This document shows, in pieces, positions 28,516 to 41,185 of a stretch of 64,000 nucleotides of DNA. The position numbers and the translations under genes are program-made. The first letter of the stretch is position 1. Each line of letters opens with the position of its first letter. Location: the NCBI GenBank assembly GCA_964016885.1, contig OZ024757.1, positions 33,666,001-33,730,000 of the forward strand, written 5' to 3'. Under the pieces are notes generated by a model. It worked only from the letters and a program-made list of their open reading frames with translations. It ran no database searches and was not told where the DNA came from. This stretch comes from Eledone cirrhosa. Taxonomy: Eukaryota.

Positions 28516-28736
28516 TTGTGACAAGCTGAAACTACTTGGCACCATGGTCAGGATTTTACTACTCTGCATTTCCCCATGCATTGAGTACTCCCATGATTAG
28601 TGGTCTCAACAGTCTTCGTACTGCAGGCTCTCTCTCTCCCTATATATATAAATATATATATATATTTATATTTAAACCCATGCTCAACACGGAAGATAGA
28701 TGTTAAACGATGATGATGATGATGATGATATATATA

Positions 28737-28940
28737 TATGAAAAGAATCAGGACCCCGACAGCTGAGCTCCAGCCATTTCAACAGCTAGATCCGAGTTCA
28801 GATCTAGCTGTCGAAACGGCCGGAGCTCAGCCATCGGGTCTTGATTCTTTTCATATTACCCACTCTACTACCCTGAGTATTGAGTACTCTGGTGCATTAT
28901 GGTCCACCTGGTATCTTATAATACTTTCTTTGTTATACAT
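28737..28940 (+). mobile_element. Fold-back insertion with 3' half of a hammerhead, family copy 1
   Basis: Palindrome 28737-28855 followed by the tail TTACCCACTCTACTACCCTGAGTATTGAGTA...GGTCCACCTGG shared with copies 2 and 3; TA-repeat flanks. Confidence 0.7.
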
Positions 28941-29030
28941 ATTCACGCACACATATATATGTGTATATATATACGGAAAAAATGAAACGAAATTTCATTT
29001 CCCACTCTTATATATATACATACTTATATG

Positions 29031-29086
<56 letters not shown>

Positions 29087-29648
29087 ATTGTTTCTAGTTT
29101 TGGCACAAGGCCAGCAATTACCCAGTACATTACTGGTACTTTATTTTATCGACCTCGTAAGAATGAAAGGCAAAGTTAACCTCAGCGGGATTTGAACTCA
29201 GATCGTAAAGGGACGTAACTGTGCTGGAAAGCATGTCTGACCCGCTACCGATACTGCCAATTCACCGCTTATATATTCACCATGTAACGGAATATTATGT
29301 GTGGTTGTAACGACTAGTGGATGGATGGATGTAACTGTCCGCCATTATAACCATTATATATATATATATAATGGTGATGGTGATGAAAATTATTATCATC
29401 ATCATTATCAACATCAATTGGTTCTACATCCTATTTTAGATTCTAATTACCACTGGGTAGGACAGAGGAAGGTTTACCAGTGTAATGAGGGTGTAGGAGG
29501 AGATGGGGGTGGAGGATGTTAATGATTTATTAAATTCTGTATTTTACACAACTGTACAATCTTTGCTATCATATAACCCACAGGAAATTAAAAAATTAAT
29601 TATATAATTATACAGACTCACACATATATATAGATATAGATATATAGG

Positions 29649-29693
<45 letters not shown>

Positions 29694-30035
29694 ATGTATG
29701 TATATATATATGTGTAAATGTATATATATGTACAAATATATATATGTGTATATATATATTTATGTGTATGAACGAGACATGGTCACCCGACCAATCTTGC
29801 CTCAAGTGGGACAATCCCTGTCTAACCCATGCTGGCTTGGAAGATGGACGTTCAACGATGATGATGATGTTTTATATATATATATATATATATAGTTAAA
29901 AGAATAGATATATATTCATGTATATGTATGTGTGTATGTATATATGTATGTATGTGTGTATGTATATATATATATGTGTATATATATATTTATGTATATA
30001 TATATATATATATACACACATACACACACACACAC

Positions 30036-30080
<45 letters not shown>

Positions 30081-30721
30081 CACATAAATATATATATACA
30101 TACACACGTGTGTGTGTGTGTGTGTTTGCAATATTCTAATTTGATTAATGTGGTGATTTAAAATTTGGTGAAATTTCAACTCTCATACTTTAGGTAAATG
30201 CTGTTTTTCAATCACATGCTTGTTAGTTCAATACCACTTCAAGTCTCCTTGAACAAGTGTCTTTTAACATTGTCTTCAGTTGGCTCATGAATTGTGAGTG
30301 AAATCTGGTAGACAGAAATTATATGGAAGCCCATTGGATAGATTTCACCGGTTTTAAGGCTGGTCGTTTTGAATTGTCTAATTTAACAACATCACTTGGT
30401 TGATGGATACTTGCAAGATAGTCTGGGGTCTGAGAATACACCTCTTTCATCTTCTCACCAGTCCCAGAGACCCTGAAGTGTTTTTAAGTATAGATCACTG
30501 TTTTTCGTCTAACCAGGCTATTTAGGGTTTTTGAGAATAAAATCCTTCTTCGTTCTCATCAGTCCCATAGGCCCTGAAGTGTTTTTGAGAACAAAACCCT
30601 TTTTCATACTCACCAATCTCAGAGTCCCTGAAGTGTTTTTGAGAATAAATCCTTTCTTTCTGTTAAGCAGTCCCAGCAGCTCATAAAAAGGATCATGCCT
30701 GTTGTCTTTCCTTTCAACTAG

Positions 30722-30758
<37 letters not shown>

Positions 30759-30762
<4 letters not shown>

Positions 30763-30893
30763 TAACAGATTAAAGTTTAAGCAAAGAATCACTGCTTCCA
30801 CCCTTAACGGGATGTTCTGAAACGTTCAGTTTCAGAACATCCCGTTAAGGGTGAAAGCAGCGATTCTTTGCTTAAACTTTAATCTGTTGTTTT
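30759..30893. mobile_element. Near-perfect palindrome (65-bp arms, 5-nt loop) abutting (TA)n; same family as 2277-2342
   Basis: AAAATAACAGATT...CTGAAAC gttca GTTTCAG...AATCTGTTGTTTT; the right arm matches 2278-2342. Confidence 0.7.
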
Positions 30894-31036
30894 CAAATTT
30901 GATTTAAAATTTTAGGCAGCATCTTCATTAGAAATATGGTAACAAAGGTGTTATAGGGTTTATATTTATCCAAAAATCTTCCATCATAATTTTATATAGA
31001 AACTTTTCTTAAGTTATGTTCCAAAAACCAGCTTAA

Positions 31037-31238
31037 CCTTTTAGCATTTAAACTAGCTGTATCCGGCCAGAATTCTCTCACCTCTTTCTGTTCAAACCGG
31101 CTGTAACTGGCCACTCAGATGTTACGGTATTATTCTCAAAATATATAATATCAAAATCTCATAGATTTGATATTATGTGAGATAATTATGTGAGGTAAAG
31201 CCTTTAATGAAAATACAAGTAATGTAAATGCGAAAGGG
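31037..31238. mobile_element. piggyBac-like MITE, same family, opposite orientation
   Basis: TTAA-CCTTTTAGCATTTA...TAAATGCGAAAGGG-TTAA. Confidence 0.8.
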
Positions 31239-31404
31239 TTAAAGTGTAACATTCAAACTTATTTTATTATATTAACAATTCTCATTATGTGTTCAGTAGT
31301 TGAGTTTGTTTAAAGCATAACACTCAAATAGAAGTGTGCCATGATAAGCAAAATATTGTAGGTAGGCTAACATTTATAAACACCTCATTTTGTATAATTT
31401 TTAC

Positions 31405-32805
31405 ATTTGGTTTAGAATAGGTACACTGTATCCCTGAGTGTATCTGGTTTAGAATAGGTATACCATATCCCTGTGTGTAGCTGGTTTAGAATAGGTACAC
31501 TGTATCCCAGTGTGTATCTGGTTTAGAATAGGTACACTGTATCCTTGTGTGTATCTGGTTTACAATAGGTACACTGTATCCCTGTGTATATCTGGTTTAC
31601 AATAGGTACTCTGTATCCCTGTGTATATCTGGTTTACAATAGGTACACTGTATCCCTGTCTGTATCTGGTTTACAATAGGTACACTGTATCCCTGTGTAT
31701 ATCTGGTTTACAATAGGTACTCTGTATCCCTGTGTATATCTGGTTTACAATAGGTACACTGTATCCCTGTGTATATCTGGTTTACAATAGGTACTCTGTA
31801 TCCCTGTGAGTATCTGGTTTAGAATAGGTACACTGTATCCTTACGTGTATCTGGTTTACAATAAGTACTCTGTATCCCTGTGTATATCTGGTTTACAATA
31901 GGTACACTGTATCCTTGTGTGTATCTGGTTTACAATAGGTACACTGTATCCCTGTGTGTATCTGGTTTACAATAGGTACACTGTATCCCTGTGTGTATCT
32001 GGTTTACAATAGGCACACTGTATCCTTGTGTGTATCTGGTTTACAATAGGTACACTGTATCCTTGTGTGTATCTGGTTTACAATAGGTACACTGTATCCT
32101 TGTGTGTATCTGGTTTACAATAGGTACACTGTATCCTTGTGTGTATCTGGTTTACAATAGGTACACTGTATCCTTACGTGTATCTGGTTTACAATAGGTA
32201 CACTGTATCCTTACGTGTATCTGGTTTACAATAGGTACACTGTATCCCAATGTGTATCTGGTATAGAATAGGTACACTGTATCCCTGTGTGTATCTGGTT
32301 TACAATAGGCACACTGTATCCTTGTGTGTATCTGGTTTACAATAGGTACACTGTATCCTTGTGTGTATCTGGTTTACAATAGGTACACTGTATCCTTGTG
32401 TGTATCTGGTTTACAATAGGTACACTGTATCCTTGTGTGTATCTGGTTTACAATAGGTACACTGTATCCTTACGTGTATCTGGTTTACAATAGGTACACT
32501 GTATCCTTACGTGTATCTGGTTTACAATAGGTACACTGTATCCCAATGTGTATCTGGTATACAATAGGTACACTGTATCCCTGTGTGTATCTGGTTTACA
32601 ATAGGTGTACTGTATCCCTGTGTGTATCTGGTTTACAATAGGTGTACTGTATCCCTGTGTGTATCTGGTTTACAATAGGTGCACTGTATCCCTGTGTGTA
32701 TCTGGTTTACAATAGGTACACTGTATCCCTGTATGTACCTGGTCTAGTATAGGTGCACTAACCCTGTATATATCTGGTCTCGTATAGGTATTCTGTATCC
32801 CTGCA
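31405..32805. repeat. 37-bp minisatellite, about 37 copies
   Basis: TATCTGGTTTACAATAGGTACACTGTATCCCTGTGTG. Confidence 0.97.
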
Positions 32806-35800
32806 TGTTGTAAGAAGGGACTAAAAAGGTTGGTGTCCGGAGGGGCATCCTCTTGAAAAACATTACCACCATCATCACCATCACCACTTCTCTCACTATT
32901 TCTTTTCCTCCTCTGCCTCCTGTAATCCATAACACATCACTGTGGTTCCATCTCAGCATTCCTCTAATTTGACCATATTCACTGAGGCACTTTGGTGTGT
33001 GTGTGACCACAGTGTATTGTATATATGCATGTGGCTACAGTGTAATGAGTATGTGCATGTGCTTGTGTATGTATGTGTGTCTATGACTGCAGTTTAATGT
33101 GTATATGCGTGTGACTACAGTCTAATGTGTGTATATATATGTGTGGGTGGTTAGATTGTAAAATCATGAATCTGATTCTTGGAGATGTGTTGTGACCTTG
33201 GGCAAGACAATTTATTTCACATTGCTCCAGTCTACTCAGCTCGTAAAAATAAGCCAACTCTTATGAATACTGGCTCATGCTGAATCTCCCTGAGAATTGC
33301 ATTAAGTATGCACATATCTGTGGAATGTTCACCCAATTGCACTTTAATTTAAAGGTCCAATCTCATCACACATTGTGGCAAGCTGAATCTCCCTGAGAAC
33401 TGTGCTAAGTTAAGGGTACATGTATCTGTGGAATGCTCAGCCACTTACATGTTAATCTAAAGGTTCAACCTTATCATGCACTGTGTCAGGCTGAATCTCC
33501 CTGAGAACTATGCTAAATTAAAGGTGCATATATCTATGGAATGCTCAACCACTTGCATATTAATTTAACAAACTGGGTGTTCCATTATTCGACCAACTGT
33601 GACTCTGGTTTCCAGAATTGACAAAGGTCCAACATATAACATAGTAAACAGTGTCTAATTAGAAGTAATGTAAATGCTAAAGGGTTAATAGTCCTTATAT
33701 TTCAGGTGAAAATTCTGTTTAGATTAAAAAATGGCAGCATAAAAACAACACAAGATATTCTACACCAGGTTATTTTCCTCAGTTCTTTTGAAGATATTTT
33801 ATCATTCCAACAACTTTTTCTTCTTCTCCCACTATTCGTTGGAGGGTCGTAGGGGGCAGAGTCCTCAAGTACTTCTTCCAGTGGGTCCTGTCAGAAGCAA
33901 CCATCTCCAATTGATCCAACTGAATCCTCAAACAAGACCAGCTGAGCTCATGGATGTTATCCAATCATTTTGCTCAGTATTTACCCCTGGATATTCTAAA
34001 CCAGAAACAGTTCTGTATGAGCAAGACATGGTCAGCTGATCTGACTTGTCTCACAATAGGACAACTTGTCTAATCCATGTTAGCATGGAAGAATGGGCAT
34101 TAAATGATGATGATGTATAGTAATGCATGGTATTAGTGCCAGATTCAAGAAACTATGTTTCATAGATAGTGTTGACAATGACATATTATTCATGATCATA
34201 AGTTGTATGTACATTCAATTTCTTATAATGAAGAACATGTCTTTATCAACAATAACTATGAAACTGTTAGTTTCTGGAGTGTGCAACAACTACCATGCAT
34301 TACAATATATAAACTTCCCCTATGTTTACTTATTAAGGACTCCTTTTCTCATCATATGAAATCACACTCAAGTAAATATATACATGTACATACACAGACC
34401 CATGCTAGCGTGGAAAATGGACGTTAAACGATGATGATGATGATGATGATGATACACACATATGTATATAATTGTTTCTACTTTTGGCACAAGGCCAGCA
34501 ATTACCCAGTGCATTACTGGTACTTTATTTTATCAACCCCATAAGGATGAAAGGCAAAGTTAACCTCAGCAGGATTTGAACTCAGTCCGTAAAGGGATGT
34601 AACTGTGCTGCAAAGCATGGCGTCGGACCCTCTACCGATACTGCCAATATAATGTTTAAAATGTTCTCAGTTATACAGGCATCCATATATAACAGCATAT
34701 TTATATGTGTAGTAGACATGTTGTCGTTGTTGTTTAAACCCAGGTAACGGGGGAGATGTTTTAACCCTTTTGTAACTGTATTTCTAATGAAATTCACTGT
34801 TTTAATTAAACTCAAATGTTGAAGGATTTACTAAAATTATTCATTATTTCATTTCTTAACATAGCAACTTAACATATGGTTCTTAGATAAAATTGAGTTG
34901 GAAGATTTTAATTTAAATAGGAATTCTTTAAAATGGGTGGTTTTGTTTCATTGAACCAGAGCCAGCTTTGTCGAGACTGGCATCAAAATTGTTAATGAAG
35001 AGTTTGGGGAGATTTACTAAAATTATTTATTATTTCATTACTAAGATATTAACGTCACATATGGTCCTTATATAAAATTATGTTGGAAGGTTCTAAATTT
35101 AAATAAGAATCTTTTAAAATGGGTGGCTTTGTTTAGTAGAACCAGTGTTGGTTTTGGCCAGGCTGTTATGAAAAAAGTTAAGAGATATATTTTAGTCACA
35201 AATAAATATGGCTCTGAAATGTAAAGTATTTTCAAAGCAGCAGCAACAGATGCAGCAGTCAACAGCAGCAGCAAACAGTGGCTGCTATACACTGATAAAA
35301 GATGAGAAACATTGTATCAAAGATACACACTCATGCTGACGTAATCACAAAATGTACAAAGTTTCTGCAAAAGATAGAATAACATAAAATACAGACACAT
35401 AAAACCCACAAGTTTAAAATGACAGTCACAGAATATAGTTATATAATCTATATAGACGTATATAGAGACAGTCACATTGTCAGACTCTGACAGTTACATA
35501 TAATGACAGGCAAAAGCCTCAGACAGTCAAAGACACAGACAGACACATACTCAGACACACAGACAGATACATACTCAGACACACAGACAGATACATACTC
35601 AGACTGCCACAGACTGACTGTCACACACTCAGAAGTCACATACACACAGTCATGCACACTCAGTCACATCACTGACAGACACATACTCAGACAGTCACAT
35701 ACACAGAGAGTCACATACTCAGACAGTCACATACACAGAGAGTCACATACTCAGACAGACACAAGCACGCAGACGCAAATTTAGTCACAGGCTGAAACAG

Positions 35801-36278
35801 CCACAGACACAAACATTCAGCTAATCACATACTGAGATACACAGAGGCTCAGACAATCACACTCAGACAGTGATACATTCAGAGAATAGTACACTCAGAC
35901 AGTGACCTGCACAGACAGTGTCACACTCAGACAATGACACTAAGACAGTGACATGCTCAGACAGTGTCATACTCAGACAGTGTCATACTCAGACAGTGAC
36001 CTGCTCAGACAGTGACATACGCAAACAGTGACCTACTCAGTGACATACGCAGACAGTGACCTACTCAGACAGTGACCTACTCAGACAGTGTCACACTCAG
36101 ACAATGACACGCTCAGACAATCATAGACTGAGATAATGACAACTCAGACAGTCATAAACTCAGACAGTTATAAACTCAGACTGAGACACTTCAAAGAAAT
36201 GTGGCAAAGACCACTGAAAAAAATAAAAACTGCTAAAAATCATGTAATTAGGTAAAACTGTGAAATTTTATAAAGAGA

Positions 36279-36341
<63 letters not shown>

Positions 36342-36549
36342 TGTTATTATAGTATATTATATATATATAGTGTGTGATATCAAAAAGTTATTTATATATT
36401 TTATAGTTTCAATATAATTAGACAAGGTATTGCAGTGGAAATAATAGATATATTGCATATATATATATATACACACATATATATATATATATATATATAT
36501 GCATACATACATATATATATATACACACACATATATATATATATATATG

Positions 36550-36615
<66 letters not shown>

Positions 36616-37051
36616 TATATATATAAACACACACACACAGATATGTCTTTTTTTGTACATTTGTTTTAAGTTTTTGAACTACTCTTGAAGAAGATTCATA
36701 AAAAATAGCTAGTTTATTATTTACACCCGTAGCAGCAGCAGCAGTAGTAGTTGTAGTAGAAATAGTAGTAGCAGCAATATTTGTTGTAGTAGTAGTGGTG
36801 GGGTGACAACTGTAGTAGTGGTTGTTTTTGTTCTTGTTGCTGGTGCTGTTGTAGTTGTATTATGTGTTGTTGTTGATGCTGTAGTAGTAGTAGTAGTAGG
36901 TGTTGTTGTAGTAGGTGCTGTTTTTTTAGTTGTAAGTGCAGTAGTAGTAGTAGTAGTATTACTAGTAGTAGTAGTAGTAGATGTAATAGGTGCTGTTATT
37001 GTTGTAGTAATTATCGTAGTAGTAGGTGCTGTTGTTTTAGTTGTGAGTGCT

Positions 37052-37089
<38 letters not shown>

Positions 37090-37783
37090 TGTTGTTGTAG
37101 TAGGTCTTGTTTCTGTAGTAGTTATTGTAGTAGTTGTTGTTGTTGTAGTAGGTCTTGTTTCTGTAGTAGTTATTGTAGTAGTAATAGTAGCAGCAGTAGT
37201 AGTCCTAGATGCAGTAGTAGTTGTAGGTGCTGTAGTAGTAGTAGTACTAAATGCCCAACAAGTAATAAAAAATGGACAGAATTTAGCCACAAAAGTTATT
37301 GTTTATTTTATTTTGTATATTTATTTAATTATTTTATTCATTTATCAATTTTTTTTTTTCAATTTTGACTTTTCTTTACTTTTTTATATAAAAAAAAACA
37401 AACAAAAATATCCCCACCCCCATGCCCTGCCCCCGCCATGTGTTTGGGGGTCATTAAGAATTGCTGTTAGTTCCACGGTTTCTCAGGAGACTTCCATATG
37501 TTGTTAGGGTTGTTGTTGTGGTTGTGGCAGTTGTGATGGTTGTTGTTGTTGTGATGGTTATGGTAGTTAAGGTTGTTGTTGTTCTTTTTTGGGGGGGAGG
37601 GGGGCTGTTGATGCTGTGGTTCTTGTTATTGTTGTTGTGTAGTTTTCGTTGTGGTTGTCGTGGTGTTTGTTGTTGTTGTTGTTGCTGTTATATTTATTTC
37701 ATATTTATTTCATCTTATATTATTTACATTATTATCATTATTATTATTAATGTTGGTTTCTCGTTTTATTTTTTTTTTAAATC

Positions 37784-38007
37784 TCAAACAACCGTTTCCA
37801 TCTCCGACATAATTTTACGTTTGAATAATTTTGACGATGTTGTAGGTTGTTGAAGCTGTGGTTTACTGTGGGTGTCTTTCTTCTGTCTCACGAGGACCCA
37901 GTTTCGTAAATAAGGGGTCGGTAGCAGTATTAACCCTGACAGGATCACAAAAGCACCGGAGGCATAAAAACTGTAGTCATAACTCCCATAAGTGTCACAC
38001 AAAAAAC
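37784..38007 (-). CDS. SLC16-family transporter, terminal coding exon (TM12 and C-tail)
   Basis: Acceptor TTCTTTCTATCTCTAG|GT at 38008/38007, phase-compatible with the upstream donor. Gives GPPLAG-FLCDTYGSYDYSFYASGAFVILSG...ETVV*, the typical SLC16 TM11-TM12 pattern. Spliced CDS is 2004 nt (667 aa plus stop). Confidence 0.93.
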
Positions 38008-38383
38008 CTAGAGATAGAAAGAATTTGAGAAAATTTAAGTTAGAAAAGAAGAAAAATCATACGCAAAAAAAATGATAATAATAATAATAATAATAATCAT
38101 ATAGAATTTGAAGTTTGAAAGCCATGACAATGGGAAATGGACGAAAAAGAAATCAGACAAAACAAGGTGTTATATATTTTACCTTAATTTATCTAAGTCC
38201 TGATATTTCAAGATTAAAATCTCTTCTTCAGAGGGAAATAGAAGGGGCTAGTCTGGGTTCGGTGAAACACATTATACCAGCAGCATAGTATAGCGTATTT
38301 TGCCGAACAGTAGACTAATCCCTTCTATTTCCCTCTGAAGATGGGATTTTATTTCAAAATATCAGGACAGATAAATAAATTAA

Positions 38384-38604
38384 CCTTTTAGCATTTACAT
38401 TGCTCTATATTTACTATAATATTTTCACAGTAAAGCCTTTATCTTACATAAATATCTCACATAATATTGAATCTACAAGATTTTGATGTTATTTATTTTG
38501 AGAACAATACCTTAACATCAGTATGAATGGCCAATTATGGCTGGTTTGAACAGAAAGAGGTGAGAGAATTCTGGCCAGATATGGCCAGTTTAAATGCTAA
38601 AGGG
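38384..38604. mobile_element. piggyBac-like MITE in the SLC16 intron
   Basis: TTAA-CCTTTTAGCATTTAC...TAAATGCTAAAGGG-TTAA; splits the right arm of a fold-back element. Confidence 0.85.
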
Positions 38605-38644
38605 TTAAGGTAAAACATAACATCTTGTTTCGTCTAATTTCTTT

Positions 38645-38867
38645 CATCATCATCATTTTACGTCTGCTTTTCCCTGCTTTCAAAGGTGGAACTGGTTCTC
38701 TTCAGCACAGCATCTCTCCATTTGTCACGGTCCTTCGTCATCTCCTCTGTGAGCTTCAGCGATCTGAGCTCAGCTCTCACCACCTCCGCCCATGTTTTTC
38801 GTTGTCTTCCTCTACTGCATCTTCTTTCCACTTGGATTACTTGGCACTTCTTCACCCAGCGGTGTTT
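38645..38867 (-). mobile_element. RTE-clade LINE 3' fragment (intronic)
   Basis: RWVKKCQ...RGRQRKTWAEVVR; same tail. Confidence 0.85.
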
Positions 38868-39249
38868 GTCCACTTCCCATTGTCATGGCTTTCAAATTTC
38901 AAATTCTATATACCGTACGCAATGCTTCAAATAAACTACAAATTCCTCCGATAACAATAATGGTTTCTTTATTCACCACAAAGGGTTTACATTAAGAAAA
39001 CATTAGGACAACACAGGACAAAAACATAGACTGTGTGTTGGTGTGTGTTGGTGTGTAGGTGGTGGTAACTGTGGTGTATTATTGGTGGTGGTGGTTTTGG
39101 CATAGAGGTGGTGGTGGTAACTGTGGTGGTATTGATAGTAGTAGTAGTGGTGGTGGCGGTAATTGTGGTGGTGGTGGTGGTAACTGTGTTGATATTGGTG
39201 TTGCTGTTGATTGCAAGATTAAGAATAAGAAAAGTTAGAAGTAACTCAC

Positions 39250-41029
39250 CAGCTAAAGGTGGCCCCAAAAGGTTTGCGATACCCTGGTAGAGAAGCATCA
39301 AACCATAAGCAGTGGTAAGGTTATCGAGTCCGAGGTACTCCACCAGTAGGATGGTGCACAGAGAGTTGTTGGCACTTGAAAAAAATCCAAACATTGCCGA
39401 CACGGCGCTTAGAGTTGCGTAGCTCAGACAGAGCGGCATGAAGATAATGGAGACGCCCGACAACATCGTAGAGACTGCGTATAAAAACGTCAATTGAGAC
39501 TGGACTCTGTCACCGGCAAATCCAAAAACAATTTGTCCAAAAGTGCTGACCAGTCCGAAAACTGAGATTAAATATGTAGCTTTGTATTGAGGAATTCCTT
39601 TCTTTACACTCTGGTCAACAATATAAATGTATGGAATATCACTCCAGAAGAAAAATATAAAGTTTGATATGACAAATAATATAAAGACGGGATGGGTTAG
39701 AATTGAGCGATTGACCATAGTCCTTAGCAATTTCTTCATATGTTTACTGATATTTTGGGATTTCAGGATCTCACACCAATCTAAAAAGTCGCTGCTGTTA
39801 TCCTGGTCATTAGCAGTTCCAACTAAATGAGAAATTTCTGGACAACTATTTGACTTCTGTTCAAGGGAAAGTTTGAGAAGGTTTCCCCGGTAAAAGATAT
39901 CCTTCCGGTGAACAATGTTTTGTTGGCTGCAGGCTGACGCCTTCCGTTTCGAGGTGGATGACGTCTTCTGTTGCCAGACATCTTTGTTTTTCTCTGGAAG
40001 AACATCCGACATGTAGTATAATCCGTTAACGATTCTGTTGGTCGAGAAAGTATCAGGAAATGATGTTGTTTGTTTAACATTAGGCTCTCCGAGTATCACC
40101 TGAACTTCACCTCCGTGGTTTGGGTTGTTGCGTAGCTTATGAAAGACTTCATGTGAAAGACTGGCCCTTTTCAATTGTATATACGTAGGTAACTGGACAA
40201 CAGAGTTTGAAACCGTAAGATTTGCAACATCTGAATCATGCGTTAATTGAGCATCATAACTCCGCGATGAAAAGCTCTCGTCTAACGTGGAATTCAACAA
40301 GGTGTTTCGTTTTGAGATCTTTGATAAGTTGTCTGTTGCTGATGTTTTGTCGTGGTCTTTCTTGCTGTTATATTTTAGGGGTCGCAGTAAGGCCCCACAC
40401 ACTATCACATTGGAAACGATGCCCCCCAGAACCAACATGGTGCCTCTCCAGCCATATATATCGATGAGATATTCAAGCAGAGGAGCAAAAACAGAGGTAC
40501 CGATTCCAGATCCACAGACCGACAACCCCGTCGCGAGGGCACGCTTTTTCTCAAAGTAAAACGACACACTGACAATGGAGGTTACATAACTGATAGACAT
40601 CCCAAAACCAGCGAGAAAACCAAACGTAAAACACAGCATTTCAATGGAATCCACAAATGCACTGATGATTATTCCTGTTGTGGATACAATCCCACCAAAA
40701 ATAGTCATCTTGCGACACCCAAACTTTGTGGTGAGGGCACCTGCCAGGGGCCCACAGATGAGTGAAACCCCGACAAAGACTGACCCCACCCATGAAGTTT
40801 TACTTTTGCTTTGACCAAACGTCTGCAGAAGCTCTGTGAAAAACACCCCAAATGAATAAGCACAGCCATCAGCGATAACATTCAGCAGAAAAGATGAGAA
40901 CAATACCATCCAACCCCATCCTCCATCTGGGGATTGTGTATAGATACTGTTCTCAGAATCAGTTGAATCACAGAAGCTATTTCTTAAAGGTTCATTATTA
41001 CCGTCTTTTGGTTCGTCACTGTCCGACAT
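39250..41029 (-). CDS. SLC16/monocarboxylate transporter family (MFS) protein, coding exon 1
   Basis: ATG at 41029 with an in-frame TAA 12 nt upstream. SLC16 TM1 signature PDGGWGWMV, loop motifs YFEKKRALATG and YGWRG, and a large central loop with RKDIFYRG. The exon ends at ...GPPLAG, donor G|GTGAGT at 39250/39249 (phase 1). Subfamily not assignable by eye. Confidence 0.95.
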
Positions 41030-41185
41030 AATAAGGAATTAGAACTAAAGAATTCTGCTAGATATATAGTGAAAATTGAAGACAAACATAACTTAGTCAT
41101 AGGTCTGTGTAAGTGGAGAATACTGTGAATTCTGTCAATGGATTTTTTACTGTTAGCCATACGAATCCAGCACAACAAAGTCAAC
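41030..41185 (-). other. 5' UTR portion of the first coding exon of the SLC16 gene
   Basis: Strong acceptor TTTTTTCTTTCTTGTTTTAG|GTT at 41186/41185, implying at least one non-coding exon further upstream. Confidence 0.7.

Larger units (their letters stand above)
38099..38911. mobile_element. Fold-back (palindromic) element, about 180-bp arms, right arm interrupted by a MITE and an RTE fragment
   Basis: 38099-38279 is complementary to 38290-38383 + 38605-38644 + 38868-38911, e.g. TCTTCAGAGGGAAATAGAAGGG/CCCTTCTATTTCCCTCTGAAGA. Confidence 0.85.

Noticed and set aside
38197-38237. Minus-strand CTGAAGA...GAAATATC hammerhead-like string
   Set aside because: Stem I is only 3 bp, stem III has no loop, and the motif is not preserved in the opposite arm.
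38987-39249. C-terminal 87 aa of the 680-aa ORF in the track
   Set aside because: Read-through past the GTGAGT donor into intronic repeats; the true TM12 is in the 38007-37784 exon.
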